The translations under genes and the position numbers were made by a program. Shown in pieces: positions 45,431 through 55,982 of a stretch of 64,000 nucleotides of DNA. Where the stretch lies: contig JAFSHF010000023.1 of assembly GCA_017440465.1 (NCBI GenBank), positions 33,515 to 97,514 of the forward strand. Direction: 5' to 3'. Within the stretch, counting starts at the first letter, position 1. Each line of letters opens with the position of its first letter. Below the pieces are notes generated by a model that saw only the letters and a list, made by a program, of their open reading frames with translations, did not search any database and was not told the origin of the DNA. This DNA comes from Clostridia bacterium. GTDB lineage: Bacteria; Bacillota; Clostridia; Oscillospirales; QAKW01.

Positions 45431-46525
45431 GTGAAAAAATTGAGAAAAAATAAACGGTATGTTGCAAAGCACCAGCGGGTACTCAGCAAGCCGCGGCTCT
45501 TTCAGGATCCGGACGCTTGGTTTCGTCGCCCGTGGGGAAAATATCTGGTCAGCCTTCTTGCAACCTTGGTTGCAGAGGCGGCCTTGGCGTTGTTCTTGCT
45601 GTATGGTCCCATTGCGTTCTTCCGCGATACGTTGATCACCTCGGCAATGTCGACCTTATCGCATAAGTATTATGCGACCACTTTTTATTCCGAAGAAACC
45701 ATCCAAAAAGTTTTGGCAAAGCATAAGGTGACCAACCTGACCACCAAAACCGAAGCAGATGCGATCGATACAGGAGAGCGAAAAGACGATATCAATCTCA
45801 AGAGGATCACAGGCCGCGGCTATGTGGGCTATGTGCTTGAAATCTCGAACCCTGCCTGGGTGCGGTTGGGTATTCCCAGCAACTTTGGCACCAAGGGGCA
45901 GAAGATTCCTCTCTTAATTGAAGACTATAACGCCATTGCCGGCATCAACGGCGGCGGCTTTGATGATCCCAGCGGCTGGGGCAACGGCGGCGCGGCCATC
46001 GGAACCGTCATTATAGACGGTGTAATGATTCAGGAAACCTGGCAGACTTCCAGCAATATCATCGGATTTAATGAAGATGATGTTCTGGTCCTCGGAACCT
46101 ACAGTAAGGAAGAGGTTAAGGATCTGAATCTGCGGGATGCCTGCGAATTCTATCCGTTTCTGATCATCAACGGCGAACCCGCTGATATTAAAGGTGACGG
46201 CGGCTGGGGGATCGCTCCGCGTACCGCCATCGGTCAGCGGAAAGACGGAACGGTGGTCTTTGTCGTCATCGACGGTCGTCAGCTTTCTTCTGCAGGCGCG
46301 ACCATTAAGCAGTTGCAGCAGGTAATGATCGATGAAGACTGCTATAATGCCGCCAACCTCGACGGCGGTTCTTCTACCGTATTGTACCATGTGGACGAAG
46401 GCGGTGTGGTCAATAGTCCCAGCGGCTCGGATCGCGACGGAATGCGTTTTCTGCCCAATGCTTGGTTGGTTATCGATCCCGAAGGCTATGAGCCGCCGCA
46501 GGATCGCCCTCCTTACGACAATTGA
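45431..46525 (+). CDS. Phosphodiester glycosidase family protein (NAGPA/DUF2233-like), membrane-anchored
   Basis: N-terminal TM anchor. GINGGGFDD, PRTAIGQRKDGTVVFVVIDGRQ and NLDGGSST motifs. The start is uncertain: GTG at 45431, or in-frame TTG at 45440 behind AGGTGA. Confidence 0.7.
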   Translation: MKKLRKNKRYVAKHQRVLSKPRLFQDPDAWFRRPWGKYLVSLLATLVAEAALALFLLYGPIAFFRDTLITSAMSTLSHKYYATTFYSEETIQKVLAKHKVTNLTTKTEADAIDTGERKDDINLKRITGRGYVGYVLEISNPAWVRLGIPSNFGTKGQKIPLLIEDYNAIAGINGGGFDDPSGWGNGGAAIGTVIIDGVMIQETWQTSSNIIGFNEDDVLVLGTYSKEEVKDLNLRDACEFYPFLIINGEPADIKGDGGWGIAPRTAIGQRKDGTVVFVVIDGRQLSSAGATIKQLQQVMIDEDCYNAANLDGGSSTVLYHVDEGGVVNSPSGSDRDGMRFLPNAWLVIDPEGYEPPQDRPPYDN

Positions 46526-46526
46526 T

Positions 46527-46565
46527 AAAAAATGCTTGAATCCAAAATGGATTCAAGCATTTTTA
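46527..46565 (+). terminator. Intrinsic terminator
   Basis: 13-bp stem AATGCTTGAATCC-AAAAT-GGATTCAAGCATT followed by a T-run. Confidence 0.75.
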
Positions 46566-46804
46566 AATGCAAAATATAGCAACACCCTTTGCCAAAGATG
46601 CGCTCCATAGCGGTGTAATATTCCGCACTGTTGCTAACGCAACATAAAGCAAAATGAAAAACGGCAAAATTTAACTTTAAATTTAATTTTTAACGAAAGG
46701 TTGCAAAAAGTTGGATGTTTTTTTAATTTTATGTTGCAATTTTTAACAATATGTGGTATGATTGATTTGACTTTAAGTGTATAAAAAACGTAGTGAGGTA
46801 AAGC

Positions 46805-47650
46805 ATGCAGAAGTATTTGGATCGTGAAGAGCATTTTTCTTTCGGCAACGAATATTTCCCCGATATTCAGTTGGATCTGTGCTGTTGCCATCGGTATAAT
46901 CCATCCGAGCGGCTGGGCCCCATTGTTCCGGATCGGTATGTGATCAACATTCTGGAGACCGGCCGCGGTGTGCTTGATATCGGCAACCGTCGGTATAACG
47001 TGGTGGCAGGGCAAGCGTTTGTGTTGTTCCCCGATAAGTCGGTCACCTTGAAGGCGGATAATATGGAGCCTTGGAATTATATCGGAATCGTTCTTTCCGG
47101 CAAGGATGTCGGGAAATTTATCGAGCATCTGGGGCTGACTTCGCAGACGCCGCTGATCGATTTTTCCACCTCTCATAAAGCGATGGATCTGGCCTACGAC
47201 CTTTTTATGGAATGTGAAAAGAAATATCAAAATCATTTTTCCATTAGCTCCTGCTTTTTAAACCTTCTGGAATGTTTGGAAGAAAGCCTGATCTCCCGCA
47301 AGATCCCCGCCAAGAACTTTTATATGACCCGCGCGGTGGAATACATAAAAGAAAACTATAATAAAAACCTCAGCGTGGAAGAGATCGCCAATATGCTGGG
47401 TATCGAGCGGAGCTATCTTTCCCGCTTGTTTAAGACCTATAAAAATAAGAGTACCCAAAATTATATTATCGATTACCGTATCCAGCGCGCCAAGAAAATG
47501 TTTGAAGAAGAAGACCTCAACGTTTCTCAGGTCTGTAGCGCGGTGGGATATACCAATATCTATTGCTTCTCCCGCATCTTCAAAAGCCGCGTCGGTATGA
47601 GCCCCAAGGAATACCGCGAAATGTGCAAGAGAGTGAATATCGTCGAATAA
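46805..47650 (+). CDS. AraC-family transcriptional regulator (cupin sensor + HTH)
   Basis: 281 aa. The C-terminal double HTH carries the AraC signature (..IANMLGIERSYLSRLFK.. and ..VGYTNIYCFSRIFKSRVGMSPKEYR). Confidence 0.8.
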   Translation: MQKYLDREEHFSFGNEYFPDIQLDLCCCHRYNPSERLGPIVPDRYVINILETGRGVLDIGNRRYNVVAGQAFVLFPDKSVTLKADNMEPWNYIGIVLSGKDVGKFIEHLGLTSQTPLIDFSTSHKAMDLAYDLFMECEKKYQNHFSISSCFLNLLECLEESLISRKIPAKNFYMTRAVEYIKENYNKNLSVEEIANMLGIERSYLSRLFKTYKNKSTQNYIIDYRIQRAKKMFEEEDLNVSQVCSAVGYTNIYCFSRIFKSRVGMSPKEYREMCKRVNIVE

Positions 47651-47652
47651 TG

Positions 47653-47684
47653 AAATCCCGATGCATCAGCATCGGGATTTTTTA
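47653..47684. terminator. Bidirectional terminator between the AraC gene and sigF
   Basis: AAATCCCGATGC-ATCA-GCATCGGGATTT. Confidence 0.8.
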
Positions 47685-48335
47685 TGGGTCATATTGCTTT
47701 TTAAGTTTGAGCAGAATCTTCTTTTCCAATCGGGATACCGCCACCTGGCTCATTCCCAGCTCGGCGGCGGTGACACTTTGGGTTTGATCCAAAAAATACC
47801 GCAGGACCATCAGCCGTCGTTCGTCGGGGGATAAGGTTTCCAGCATTTCCCGCACCCAGACCCGTTCCAGCAGATGATTTTCCGGTGAGGGAATCCCGGG
47901 TGCAACGCCGCCTTCCTCCGGCGGAAGATCCAAAGAGACCGTCGGGCGGGTGGCCTCCATCGCCGAGAGGATCTCCTCTTGGGAAAGGGAGGTATACTTT
48001 GCCAGCTCGGAGATGCGCGGTTCCCGACCGAGTTTTTGCGTCAATGCGCGGGCGGCGCGGTCGATTTTTAGTTTATCTTCTTTATATTTTCGCGAGACCT
48101 TGATACTGCCGTTATCCCGCAGATAGGTCTTGATCTCGCCGATGATCTTTGCCACCGCATAGGTGGAAAAACGAACTTCTTTTTCCGGATCGAAATCTCG
48201 CGCGGCTTTGATCAGGCCGATCGAACCGATCTGCATTAAATCTTCATCTTCCACTCCAAATCCCCGATAGCGTTGGACCGCCATCCGAACCAAACCTAAG
48301 TTTTCTTCGACTAAGCGGTCTTGCAAAATCGGCAT
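47682..48335 (-). CDS. sigF: Sporulation sigma factor SigF
   Basis: 217-aa sigma-70 family protein (regions 2-4), last gene of a spoIIAA-spoIIAB-sigma operon. Confidence 0.85.
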   Translation of the reverse strand: MPILQDRLVEENLGLVRMAVQRYRGFGVEDEDLMQIGSIGLIKAARDFDPEKEVRFSTYAVAKIIGEIKTYLRDNGSIKVSRKYKEDKLKIDRAARALTQKLGREPRISELAKYTSLSQEEILSAMEATRPTVSLDLPPEEGGVAPGIPSPENHLLERVWVREMLETLSPDERRLMVLRYFLDQTQSVTAAELGMSQVAVSRLEKKILLKLKKQYDP

Positions 48336-48769
48336 TAATCTTTGGCTTTTATGTATTTGGTCAAGGTTACCGTTGTACCCATCCCCATTTTCGATGTAAC
48401 CTTAACTTTATCCATAAATGCCTCCATCACCGTAAAGCCCATCCCGCTGCGCTCTTCCGCGTTGCCGGTGGTAAAAAGCGGTTCCATGGCTTGGGCAATG
48501 TCTTCGATCCCTTTGCCGCGGTCTTTAATGTTCAGCACCAATTTGCCGTTGGGATAAAGCCGTCCGCTGATGTTGATGGCCCCCAATCGGTCGGCATAGC
48601 CGTGTACGATGGCATTGGTCACCGCTTCGCTGACTGCGGTTTTAATTTCGCTGATCTCCTCGACGGTGGGATCTAATTGGGCGGCAAATGCCGCCACCGC
48701 AATGCGGGCAAACCCTTCGTTTGCCGAGCGGGAAAGAAAAGTGATGCGCATTTGATTATTCGCTTTCAT
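48335..48769 (-). CDS. spoIIAB: Anti-sigma F factor / serine kinase SpoIIAB
   Basis: 144 aa with the GHKL ATPase motifs EAVTNAIVHGY and DRGKGI...GMGFT. Confidence 0.85.
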   Translation of the reverse strand: MKANNQMRITFLSRSANEGFARIAVAAFAAQLDPTVEEISEIKTAVSEAVTNAIVHGYADRLGAINISGRLYPNGKLVLNIKDRGKGIEDIAQAMEPLFTTGNAEERSGMGFTVMEAFMDKVKVTSKMGMGTTVTLTKYIKAKD

Positions 48770-49082
48770 TGGGCTCCTCCTTTACGATTACGTATTTTGA
48801 AATTCCTGCCATATCAAACACTTTTTTGGCGGCTCCGCAAAGATGGCGAAGTTCTACCTTGCCGTCGTAGTTCATCATCAGCTTTCTTCGCCCCATCACG
48901 ATCGCCAGCCCCGAACTATCCATAAAACTGACTCCGCCGAAATCCAGCACTAAGCGGGAAGGGCAATGGCGGCGGATCTTGAAATCAATACTGTCGGAAA
49001 GTCCGCGGGCGCAATGGTGATCGATCTCGCCGTAGAGCCGCACTTCCAACTCATCGTAGTTGTTTATAAAATCAATATTCAT
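48756..49082 (-). CDS. spoIIAA: Anti-sigma F factor antagonist SpoIIAA (STAS domain)
   Basis: ORF trimmed to the ATG at 49082 behind AGGAGG. STAS fold with the phosphorylatable Ser motif FMDSSGL. Confidence 0.8.
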   Translation of the reverse strand: MNIDFINNYDELEVRLYGEIDHHCARGLSDSIDFKIRRHCPSRLVLDFGGVSFMDSSGLAIVMGRRKLMMNYDGKVELRHLCGAAKKVFDMAGISKYVIVKEEPNESE

Positions 49083-49103
49083 TTGAACCTCCTTATAATT
49101 TAA

Positions 49104-49142
49104 AAAGCACCCTTTCGATCCATTATATCGAAAGGGTGCTTT
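49104..49142 (-). terminator. Terminator-like 16-bp perfect hairpin after folC
   Basis: AAAGCACCCTTTCGAT-loop-ATCGAAAGGGTGCTTT with a T-run on the - strand. Confidence 0.65.
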
Positions 49143-49164
49143 ACAATTTGTCGGTATTTGCAAT

Positions 49165-50421
49165 TCAAATAAGTTTTTTTAATTCCTTGGCGACCTCACC
49201 CGCCAAATAGAGGGAACCTGCCGCAAGAATACAACCGTTTTGCTTTTCCATGGCGAGTTTTGCCGCCTGCTCATAACTGTCGCAGGCGATGCAATCATCG
49301 CAGAAAAGATCTGCCATATTTTTAAGGTCGTAGGCGGTCATCGCCCGCGGCAACGGCGGCTGAACCGTAAGGAAGGTCTTGGCGCGGGATGCTAATTGCC
49401 GCACCGCGTATTGATAGGGTTTATCCTTCATCATCCCGAAGATGACGGTGGGCTCTTTCAGTTCTTCCCATTGATCCATCGCCGCCAAAAGCATATCGAT
49501 GCCGTCTTTATTATGCCCGCCGTCGATGAAGATGAAAGGATCGCGGGAAAGACATTCCAGCCGCGAGGGGATAAAGGCATTCTTTAAGCCTTGGCGCAGT
49601 TGCGCTTCGGTCCAAGGAAAGCGATCTTGGATTTGTAAGAGGGTCTCGATCGCCACCGCGGCATTATCCGCTTGGTGCGCGCCCCGCAACGAAACAAAAT
49701 ATTCCTGCTCTTTATAGCGGAATGTTGTTCCGTCCACAGCGCAGGAGATCAACTCTGTCGGCAAGCAAAGGGTGAGGGGGGCAGATAATTCATCACATCG
49801 CTTTTGGATCGTTTCAATGGCATCCTGCGGATTCTTTCCGTAGAGGATGGCAGGGCAATTCTTTTTGATGATCCCTGCTTTTTCATAAGCGATTTCCGCT
49901 ACCGTATTGCCCAAAAATTCGGTATGATCCAAAGAGATGGAGCAGATCACCGACGCCAGCGGTTGCTCAATGATATTGGTGGCATCAAACCGCCCACCCA
50001 ATCCGACTTCCAAGACGCCAATGTCGCAACCTTGGAAATAGAGAAAACCGATGGCGGTGACGATTTCAAATTCGGTGGGTTGCTCGTCTAAGCGTTGCTC
50101 GGCTTGCATCACCTGCTCCGCCAATTCTGCCAATCGCTCTTTTTCGATCATCTCGCCGTTGATGGCGTACCGCTCCCGAAAATCATAGATGAAGGGGGAG
50201 GTGAAGCATCCCACCTTGTATCCCGCTTCTTTCAGTACCGATGCCAGCATGGTTGCGGTGGAGCCTTTGCCGTTGGTTCCCGCAATATGGAGCAAGGGCA
50301 ACCCTGCTTTATGAGGGTTGCCCAGTTGCTCCAGCAATGCCGCGATGCGATGTAACCCCGGCTTGGCGCTGTGCGCACTGTGCCGATGGATATAATCTAA
50401 GGCTTGCTCGTAATTCATCAT
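49165..50421 (-). CDS. folC: Bifunctional folylpolyglutamate synthase / dihydrofolate synthase
   Basis: 418 aa, Mur-ligase fold with P-loop [15 protein letters not shown] overlap with valS. Confidence 0.85.
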   Translation of the reverse strand: MMNYEQALDYIHRHSAHSAKPGLHRIAALLEQLGNPHKAGLPLLHIAGTNGKGSTATMLASVLKEAGYKVGCFTSPFIYDFRERYAINGEMIEKERLAELAEQVMQAEQRLDEQPTEFEIVTAIGFLYFQGCDIGVLEVGLGGRFDATNIIEQPLASVICSISLDHTEFLGNTVAEIAYEKAGIIKKNCPAILYGKNPQDAIETIQKRCDELSAPLTLCLPTELISCAVDGTTFRYKEQEYFVSLRGAHQADNAAVAIETLLQIQDRFPWTEAQLRQGLKNAFIPSRLECLSRDPFIFIDGGHNKDGIDMLLAAMDQWEELKEPTVIFGMMKDKPYQYAVRQLASRAKTFLTVQPPLPRAMTAYDLKNMADLFCDDCIACDSYEQAAKLAMEKQNGCILAAGSLYLAGEVAKELKKLI

Positions 50422-53036
50422 CTGTTTTTCATTTCCTCAATGCTCTTGGCAAGGTCGGCGATCAACGCTTCAAACTTGGCCTTTTTGGCATTCTCGGCTT
50501 CCACCAAGGCGGCAGGCGCTTTGGCGATAAAGCCTTGGTTGGAAAGTTTGCCGTTGACACGCTTGAGCTCGCCTTCGGCCTTTTCCAATTCCTTGGTCAG
50601 GCGGGCGATCTCGCCTTCGATATCCACGAGTTCAGCAAAGGGGATATAAAGGGACGCGCCATTGCAAACCAATTTAACCGTTCCTTCGGGTGCAGGCTGA
50701 TTGACCAGCACCTGATCGGCACCCGCTAACTTTTGATAGAAGATCTCAGCCCCTTCAAACCATTCGGTATGGGCGGTCTCAATATAAAGGGTCGCTTTTC
50801 TGGAATGGGGAACATTCATTTCGGCGCGGCGGTTGCGGATGGCTTTGATGGTTTCCATCACATGCTCCATCTTCTCGGCACCTGCGGCGAAATTCAATGC
50901 GGGATCATACGCGGGGAAGCGGGCGGTGACGCAAGCCTCTTCCGAAACAGGCAGAGCCTGCCAGATCTCCTCGGTAATGAAGGGCATAAAGGGATGCAGC
51001 ATCTTCAAAGAACCGGAAAATACGTGCAGAAGAACTCTTTGCGCGGTAGCACCGTCTTCGCCACCGGCATAGAGGCGGGGCTTGACCAATTCAATGTACC
51101 AATCGCAGAAGAGATCCCAAATGAAATCGTAGACCTTCTGCAAGGCTAAGCCGATTTCGAACTTATCCAAGTTTTCGGTAACATCGCGAACAACATCGTT
51201 GTACCGAGTCAAGATCCATTCATCCTCGGGCTTGAGGTTCTCTGCCTTGAAGGTCAGATCCTCTTCCTTTAGATTCATCAAAATGAAGCGCGCCGCATTC
51301 CAAACTTTATTGGCAAAGTTGCGGGAGGATTCCACCCGCTCGGGATAATAGCGCATATCGTTGCCGGGCGCATTGCCGGTGGCAAGGGTAAAGCGCAGCG
51401 CATCCGCACCGTATTCCTTAATAACTTCCAAAGGATCGATGCCGTTGCCCAGGGATTTGCTCATCTTGCGGCCTTGGCTGTCGCGCACCAGACCGTGGAT
51501 CAAAACGTGCTCAAAGGGAACTTCGCCCATCTGCTCCAAGCCGGAGAAGATCATACGGGCAACCCAGAAGAAAATAATATCATATCCGGTAACCAGCGTG
51601 CTGGTGGGATAGTAATAATCCAATTCGGGAGTCTTATCGGGCCAACCCAAGGTGGAGAAGGGCCAGAGTGCCGAGGAGAACCAGGTATCCAAAACGTCTT
51701 CTTCCTGCCGCATCGGTGCGCCGCACTTGGGGCAGGTGTGGACATCGTCTTTGGAAATGACCATCTCGCCGCAGGCGTCGCAATAGTATGCGGGGATGCG
51801 GTGACCCCACCAAAGCTGGCGGGAGATGCACCAATCGTGAACGTTTTCCATCCAATTCAGATAGGTCTTGCTGAACCGATCGGGAACAAACTTGGTAGAA
51901 CCTGCCTTGACTTCCTTGATGGATTTTTCCGCCAAAGGCTGCATCTTGACAAACCATTGGCTGGAAGCCATCGGCTCGACCGTGCAACCGCAACGATAGC
52001 AGGTGCCGACATTATGGGTATGGTCTTCGATCTTGACCAAGAAACCGCCTTCTTCCAGATCGGCAATGATCTGCTTGCGGGCTTCATAGCGATCCAAACC
52101 TTCGTATTTTCCGCCGTTGGCGTTGATCTTGGCGTTGCCGTCTAAAACCAGGATCTCTTCTAAGTTATGCCGCTTGCCGACCTCAAAGTCGTTGGGGTCG
52201 TGGCAGGGGGTGATCTTCACGCAGCCGGTACCGAACTCTTTATCGACATATTCATCGGCGACCACGGGAATTTCGCGGTTGACCAAGGGCAGGATCAGCA
52301 TCTTGCCCACCAGATGGGTATAACGCTCATCGTCGGGATGCACCGCTACCGCGCTATCGCCCAAGAGAGTCTCGGGGCGGGTGGTCGCGATGGTGACAAA
52401 TTCGTCGCTGCCTTTAACCGGATAGCGGATATGCCAAAAATGACCGGGTTGCTCTTCATATTCAACCTCGGCATCGGAAAGGGCGGTGGTGCAGTCGGGG
52501 CACCAGTTGATGATGCGGTTGCCTTTATAGATCAACCCTTTTTCATAAAGGTTGACAAATACTTCTTTGACCGCCTTGGAGCAGCCTTCGTCCATAGTAA
52601 AACGCTCGCGGTCCCAATCGCAGGAAGAACCGAGTTTCTTCAGCTGATTGATGATGCGGTCGCCATACATCTTTTTCCAATCCCAAACGCGCTCTAAGAA
52701 TTTCTCTCTGCCCAGATCATAGCGGGTCAGCCCTTCTTCCTTGCGAAGAACCTCTTCCACCTTGATCTGGGTGGCAATTCCTGCGTGGTCGGTACCGGGG
52801 ACCCAAAGGGCATTAAAGCCCTGCATCCGTTTATAGCGGATCAGGATATCCTGCAGGGTCTCGTCCAAAGCGTGCCCCATATGGAGCTGACCGGTAACGT
52901 TCGGGGGCGGAATAACGATGGTGAAAGGCTCCTTGCTTTCATCCGGTTCGGAATGAAAATAGCGGCCCTTCAACCAGAAATCGTATATGCGGTCCTCAAA
53001 TTCCTGAGGATTATATACCTTTTCAAGTTCTTTCAT
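50418..53036 (-). CDS. valS: Valine--tRNA ligase
   Basis: 872 aa. HIGH-type motif (TGQLHMGHA), KMSKS, and a C-terminal coiled coil. Confidence 0.95.
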   Translation of the reverse strand: MKELEKVYNPQEFEDRIYDFWLKGRYFHSEPDESKEPFTIVIPPPNVTGQLHMGHALDETLQDILIRYKRMQGFNALWVPGTDHAGIATQIKVEEVLRKEEGLTRYDLGREKFLERVWDWKKMYGDRIINQLKKLGSSCDWDRERFTMDEGCSKAVKEVFVNLYEKGLIYKGNRIINWCPDCTTALSDAEVEYEEQPGHFWHIRYPVKGSDEFVTIATTRPETLLGDSAVAVHPDDERYTHLVGKMLILPLVNREIPVVADEYVDKEFGTGCVKITPCHDPNDFEVGKRHNLEEILVLDGNAKINANGGKYEGLDRYEARKQIIADLEEGGFLVKIEDHTHNVGTCYRCGCTVEPMASSQWFVKMQPLAEKSIKEVKAGSTKFVPDRFSKTYLNWMENVHDWCISRQLWWGHRIPAYYCDACGEMVISKDDVHTCPKCGAPMRQEEDVLDTWFSSALWPFSTLGWPDKTPELDYYYPTSTLVTGYDIIFFWVARMIFSGLEQMGEVPFEHVLIHGLVRDSQGRKMSKSLGNGIDPLEVIKEYGADALRFTLATGNAPGNDMRYYPERVESSRNFANKVWNAARFILMNLKEEDLTFKAENLKPEDEWILTRYNDVVRDVTENLDKFEIGLALQKVYDFIWDLFCDWYIELVKPRLYAGGEDGATAQRVLLHVFSGSLKMLHPFMPFITEEIWQALPVSEEACVTARFPAYDPALNFAAGAEKMEHVMETIKAIRNRRAEMNVPHSRKATLYIETAHTEWFEGAEIFYQKLAGADQVLVNQPAPEGTVKLVCNGASLYIPFAELVDIEGEIARLTKELEKAEGELKRVNGKLSNQGFIAKAPAALVEAENAKKAKFEALIADLAKSIEEMKNR

Positions 53037-53084
53037 CTTTATATCTCCTTTGATTGATATCTAATTGATAATCACATTTCTACT

Positions 53085-53113
53085 ATTATAAAATAAGAAA
53101 ATATTATTGTCAA
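53085..53113 (-). promoter_or_regulatory. Promoter of valS
   Basis: On the - strand: perfect TTGACA, 17 nt, TATAAT. The -35 overlaps the stop codon of the upstream gene. Confidence 0.65.
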
Positions 53114-53823
53114 TCCTTTTTCCAGCCGGTAAGCTCGCTGCGCTGAATGGCACCGAAGAGGCGGTCATTCAATCCGGGGAACCGCTCTTCTGCTTCCTTT
53201 AAAAGATCTTTGGTCTCCTTACGCATCGATGTATGATCCATCGGGCAGGGGTTCTTGACAATGGGGATGTTCAATTTACGTACCGCATTTTCGATCTGCT
53301 GCTCCGAAAGATAGATCATCGGGCGAATGGCGCGTACATCCTTGCGGTCCAGATAGGTGACCGGCTGAAAACACCCGATCCGCCCTTCATATAATAAATT
53401 CATCGCAAAGGTCTCCACCGCATCGTCCCGATGGTGCCCCAGGGCAATGGTACGGCATCCGTTTTCGATGGCGGCATCGTGGATGGAGCCGCGGCGCATC
53501 TTGGCGCAAAGGGCGCAAGGATTGCTCTCTTTGCGGATGTCGAAGACCAAGGGAGCGATATCGGTCTTGCGGATGATGAGCGGGATCTCCAAGCGATCGC
53601 ATTCTTTTTGCAAGGTTTCAATATCAATATTATTGAATCCCAAATCGATAAAGACGGCGATCAACTCAAATTGGGCGGGGTGGTAGCGGGAAAGATGCCT
53701 CATTGCGTGGAGCAAAAGCATCGAATCCTTACCGCCCGATAGGGCGATCGCCACCCGCTCCTTGGGCGCGATCATATGAAAATCATCAATGGCGCGGCGC
53801 AAATAACCGGAAATCTGCTGCAT
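53110..53823 (-). CDS. PP-loop ATPase, tRNA 2-thiocytidine (TtcA)-like thiolase
   Basis: 237 aa with PP-loop SGGKDS and a CALCAKMRR Cys motif. Confidence 0.75.
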   Translation of the reverse strand: MQQISGYLRRAIDDFHMIAPKERVAIALSGGKDSMLLLHAMRHLSRYHPAQFELIAVFIDLGFNNIDIETLQKECDRLEIPLIIRKTDIAPLVFDIRKESNPCALCAKMRRGSIHDAAIENGCRTIALGHHRDDAVETFAMNLLYEGRIGCFQPVTYLDRKDVRAIRPMIYLSEQQIENAVRKLNIPIVKNPCPMDHTSMRKETKDLLKEAEERFPGLNDRLFGAIQRSELTGWKKD

Positions 53824-53984
53824 AGTGTTCTCCTATCTATGTTTTACCTGCTTATTTTAAGGCTTTTTCGCTGAAAAAGCAAATAATTTTTGTAAATGCA
53901 AAGTGAGTAAATCAAAGAAAAACAGAGAAAAACAGAGATATATCGAGATTGAAAAGTGTAAATTGATTTTTTTGAAAAAAGGTG

Positions 53985-54013
53985 TTGACATTGGGTTTTG
54001 GTTGTATTATAAT
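53985..54013 (+). promoter_or_regulatory. Promoter of rplM-rpsI
   Basis: TTGACA, 17 nt, TATAAT. Confidence 0.65.
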
Positions 54014-54058
54014 AACGTGGCAATGAAAAAGAGAAAATAAATTGGAGGAAGAAATTCG

Positions 54059-54487
54059 ATGTCTACTTTTATGAAAAAGCAAGAGCAAGTCGATCGCAAG
54101 TGGTACATTGTTGATGCCGCTGATAAGCCGCTCGGCAGAGTCTCCACCCAGATCGCAATGATCCTGATGGGCAAGCATCGCCCCGACTATACCCCGCATG
54201 TGGACGGTGGTGACTGCGTGATCGTTCTGAACGCTTCCAAAGTCGTTCTGACCGGCGATAAGCTCAATAAGAAGTTCTATCAATACCATACCGGCCATAT
54301 CGGCGGTTTGAAGGAAATCAGCTATAAGCGCTTGATGGAAAACAACCCCGAGAAAGTGGTCGAGTTGGCTGTGAAGGGTATGCTGCCCAAGAATAAGATT
54401 GCATCTGCTGCAATGACCCGCCTGAGAGTATTCTCCGGCGCAGAGCATAACCTGGGCGCACAGAAGCCCGAAGTATTTGAGAAGTAA
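54059..54487 (+). CDS. rplM: 50S ribosomal protein L13
   Basis: 142 aa with the N-terminus KWYIVDA...LGR typical of L13. Confidence 0.95.
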   Translation: MSTFMKKQEQVDRKWYIVDAADKPLGRVSTQIAMILMGKHRPDYTPHVDGGDCVIVLNASKVVLTGDKLNKKFYQYHTGHIGGLKEISYKRLMENNPEKVVELAVKGMLPKNKIASAAMTRLRVFSGAEHNLGAQKPEVFEK

Positions 54488-54501
54488 GGAGGACTTGACC
54501 A

Positions 54502-54900
54502 ATGTATAATAACGAAAATTATTTCTACGGCACCGGCAGAAGAAAGTCTTCTGTTGCCAGAGTCCGCTTGCTTCCCGGTAGCGGCAATGTCACCATCAAC
54601 GGCAGAGCGATGGACGAATATTTCGGTCTGGAAACCCTGCGTATGTTGGTTCGTCAGCCCATGGAACTGACCGGTACTATGGGTAAATATGATGTTATCG
54701 TCAACGTTGTCGGCGGTGGCGTCAGCGGTCAGGCAGGTGCCATCCGTCATGGTATCACCCGCGCTCTGATCGAATCCGATGAGACCCTCAAGACCGTTCT
54801 GAAGAAGGCCGGTTTTGTAACCCGCGACCCCAGAATGAAGGAAAGAAAGAAGTACGGTTTGAAAGCCGCAAGAAGAGCACCCCAGTTCTCCAAGCGCTAA
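54502..54900 (+). CDS. rpsI: 30S ribosomal protein S9
   Basis: 132 aa with GTGRRK and the C-terminal [11 protein letters not shown]. Confidence 0.95.
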   Translation: MYNNENYFYGTGRRKSSVARVRLLPGSGNVTINGRAMDEYFGLETLRMLVRQPMELTGTMGKYDVIVNVVGGGVSGQAGAIRHGITRALIESDETLKTVLKKAGFVTRDPRMKERKKYGLKAARRAPQFSKR

Positions 54901-54922
54901 TCTGTATTATTTCAATACAAAC

Positions 54923-54957
54923 AAAAAACCCGAAACCATCACGGTTTCGGGTTTTTC
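54923..54957 (+). terminator. Intrinsic terminator
   Basis: CCCGAAACC-ATCAC-GGTTTCGGG followed by TTTTT. Confidence 0.8.
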
Positions 54958-55002
54958 TCTTTGATTAAAAATCCTTTTAAATTTTTGATATATTGGAGTT
55001 TA

Positions 55003-55170
55003 CTATTTACTGTTCCCGCTAAAAAAGCCGATCACTGCCATAATTAAACCTACGGGGATTAAAAGAAACGAAACGTATACCGCTTGTGGATATATTATAC
55101 TCATTTCAACAAGTTTCAATATTGCTATGGCTAATAGCATTAAACTGTTTCCGAACATAATTTTCTTCAT
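55003..55170 (-). CDS. Possible small two-TM membrane protein (hypothetical)
   Basis: 55-codon ORF not in the track, with GAAGGTGG 6 nt upstream. Sequence MKKIMFGNSLMLLAIAILKLVEMSIIYPQAVYVSFLLIPVGLIMAVIGFFSGNSK. Confidence 0.35.
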   Translation of the reverse strand: MKKIMFGNSLMLLAIAILKLVEMSIIYPQAVYVSFLLIPVGLIMAVIGFFSGNSK

Positions 55171-55328
55171 ATAGTCCACCTTCTTTCGTTAATTTATAAG
55201 TTTGATTCAATTATACCATAAATTATTAATAATGCAATATTTCCGCGATCTTTATTAAAAGAATCTAATTTGACGAAATTTCTCAAATGTAATATAATGG
55301 TTCTATCTCTTTGGAAGGGGGATGAAAA

Positions 55329-55862
55329 ATGGAAAGGATATATCTTTTATTAAGCCAGAGCGGCACCCTCCCTGCGCGTGTTTTAAAATGGTTCACCGGC
55401 GCGGAATATAACCATATCTCCCTTGGCTTTTCCAAAGACCTATTGACGATGTATTCCTTCGGCCGCCGCTATCTGTATCTGCCGATTCCGGGAGGTTTTA
55501 TTGCCGAAGGGCGCGATCGGGGAATTTATGAACGTTTTCCCGATGCGAAGGTCGCGTTGCTGGAATTGGAAACGTCGCAGGAAAAGAAAGAACTTTTGGC
55601 GAAACGCCTTGAAGCAATGTATAAAAATAAGAAGAGATACCGCTATAATTTATTGGGTGTTGGCTTGGCGGCATTTCGCATTCCCTATCAAAGAAAAGAG
55701 CACTACTATTGCTCCGAATTTGTGCGGGATCTTTTGGTGGAGATCGGCATTTTAAAGGGCGAAGATTTTGAGCGGATCGTTCAGCCGATCCATTTTTTGG
55801 ATCTTGAGGAAACCAAGATGATCTTTTGCGGAAAATTATCGGAGTATTTTGCTGAAAAATAG
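55329..55862 (+). CDS. Hypothetical protein, possibly a permuted papain-like (YiiX/NlpC-P60 superfamily) hydrolase
   Basis: 177 aa with GAAGGGGGA upstream. His (EYNHISLG) precedes Cys (HYYCSEFV), as in permuted papain-fold enzymes. The family call is tentative. Confidence 0.45.
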   Translation: MERIYLLLSQSGTLPARVLKWFTGAEYNHISLGFSKDLLTMYSFGRRYLYLPIPGGFIAEGRDRGIYERFPDAKVALLELETSQEKKELLAKRLEAMYKNKKRYRYNLLGVGLAAFRIPYQRKEHYYCSEFVRDLLVEIGILKGEDFERIVQPIHFLDLEETKMIFCGKLSEYFAEK

Positions 55863-55943
55863 TCAAATTTCCAAAGGAAGAATACCGATATTTACCGAAT
55901 CAATATAGATTGCACAAAAATAAAAAAACCGCTTGCTTTTTCG

Positions 55944-55972
55944 TTGACATTTTTTTTAGTTTTATATATAAT
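55944..55972 (+). promoter_or_regulatory. Promoter of the pur operon
   Basis: TTGACA, 17 nt, TATAAT. Confidence 0.65.
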
Positions 55973-55982
55973 AGACAAGTAG

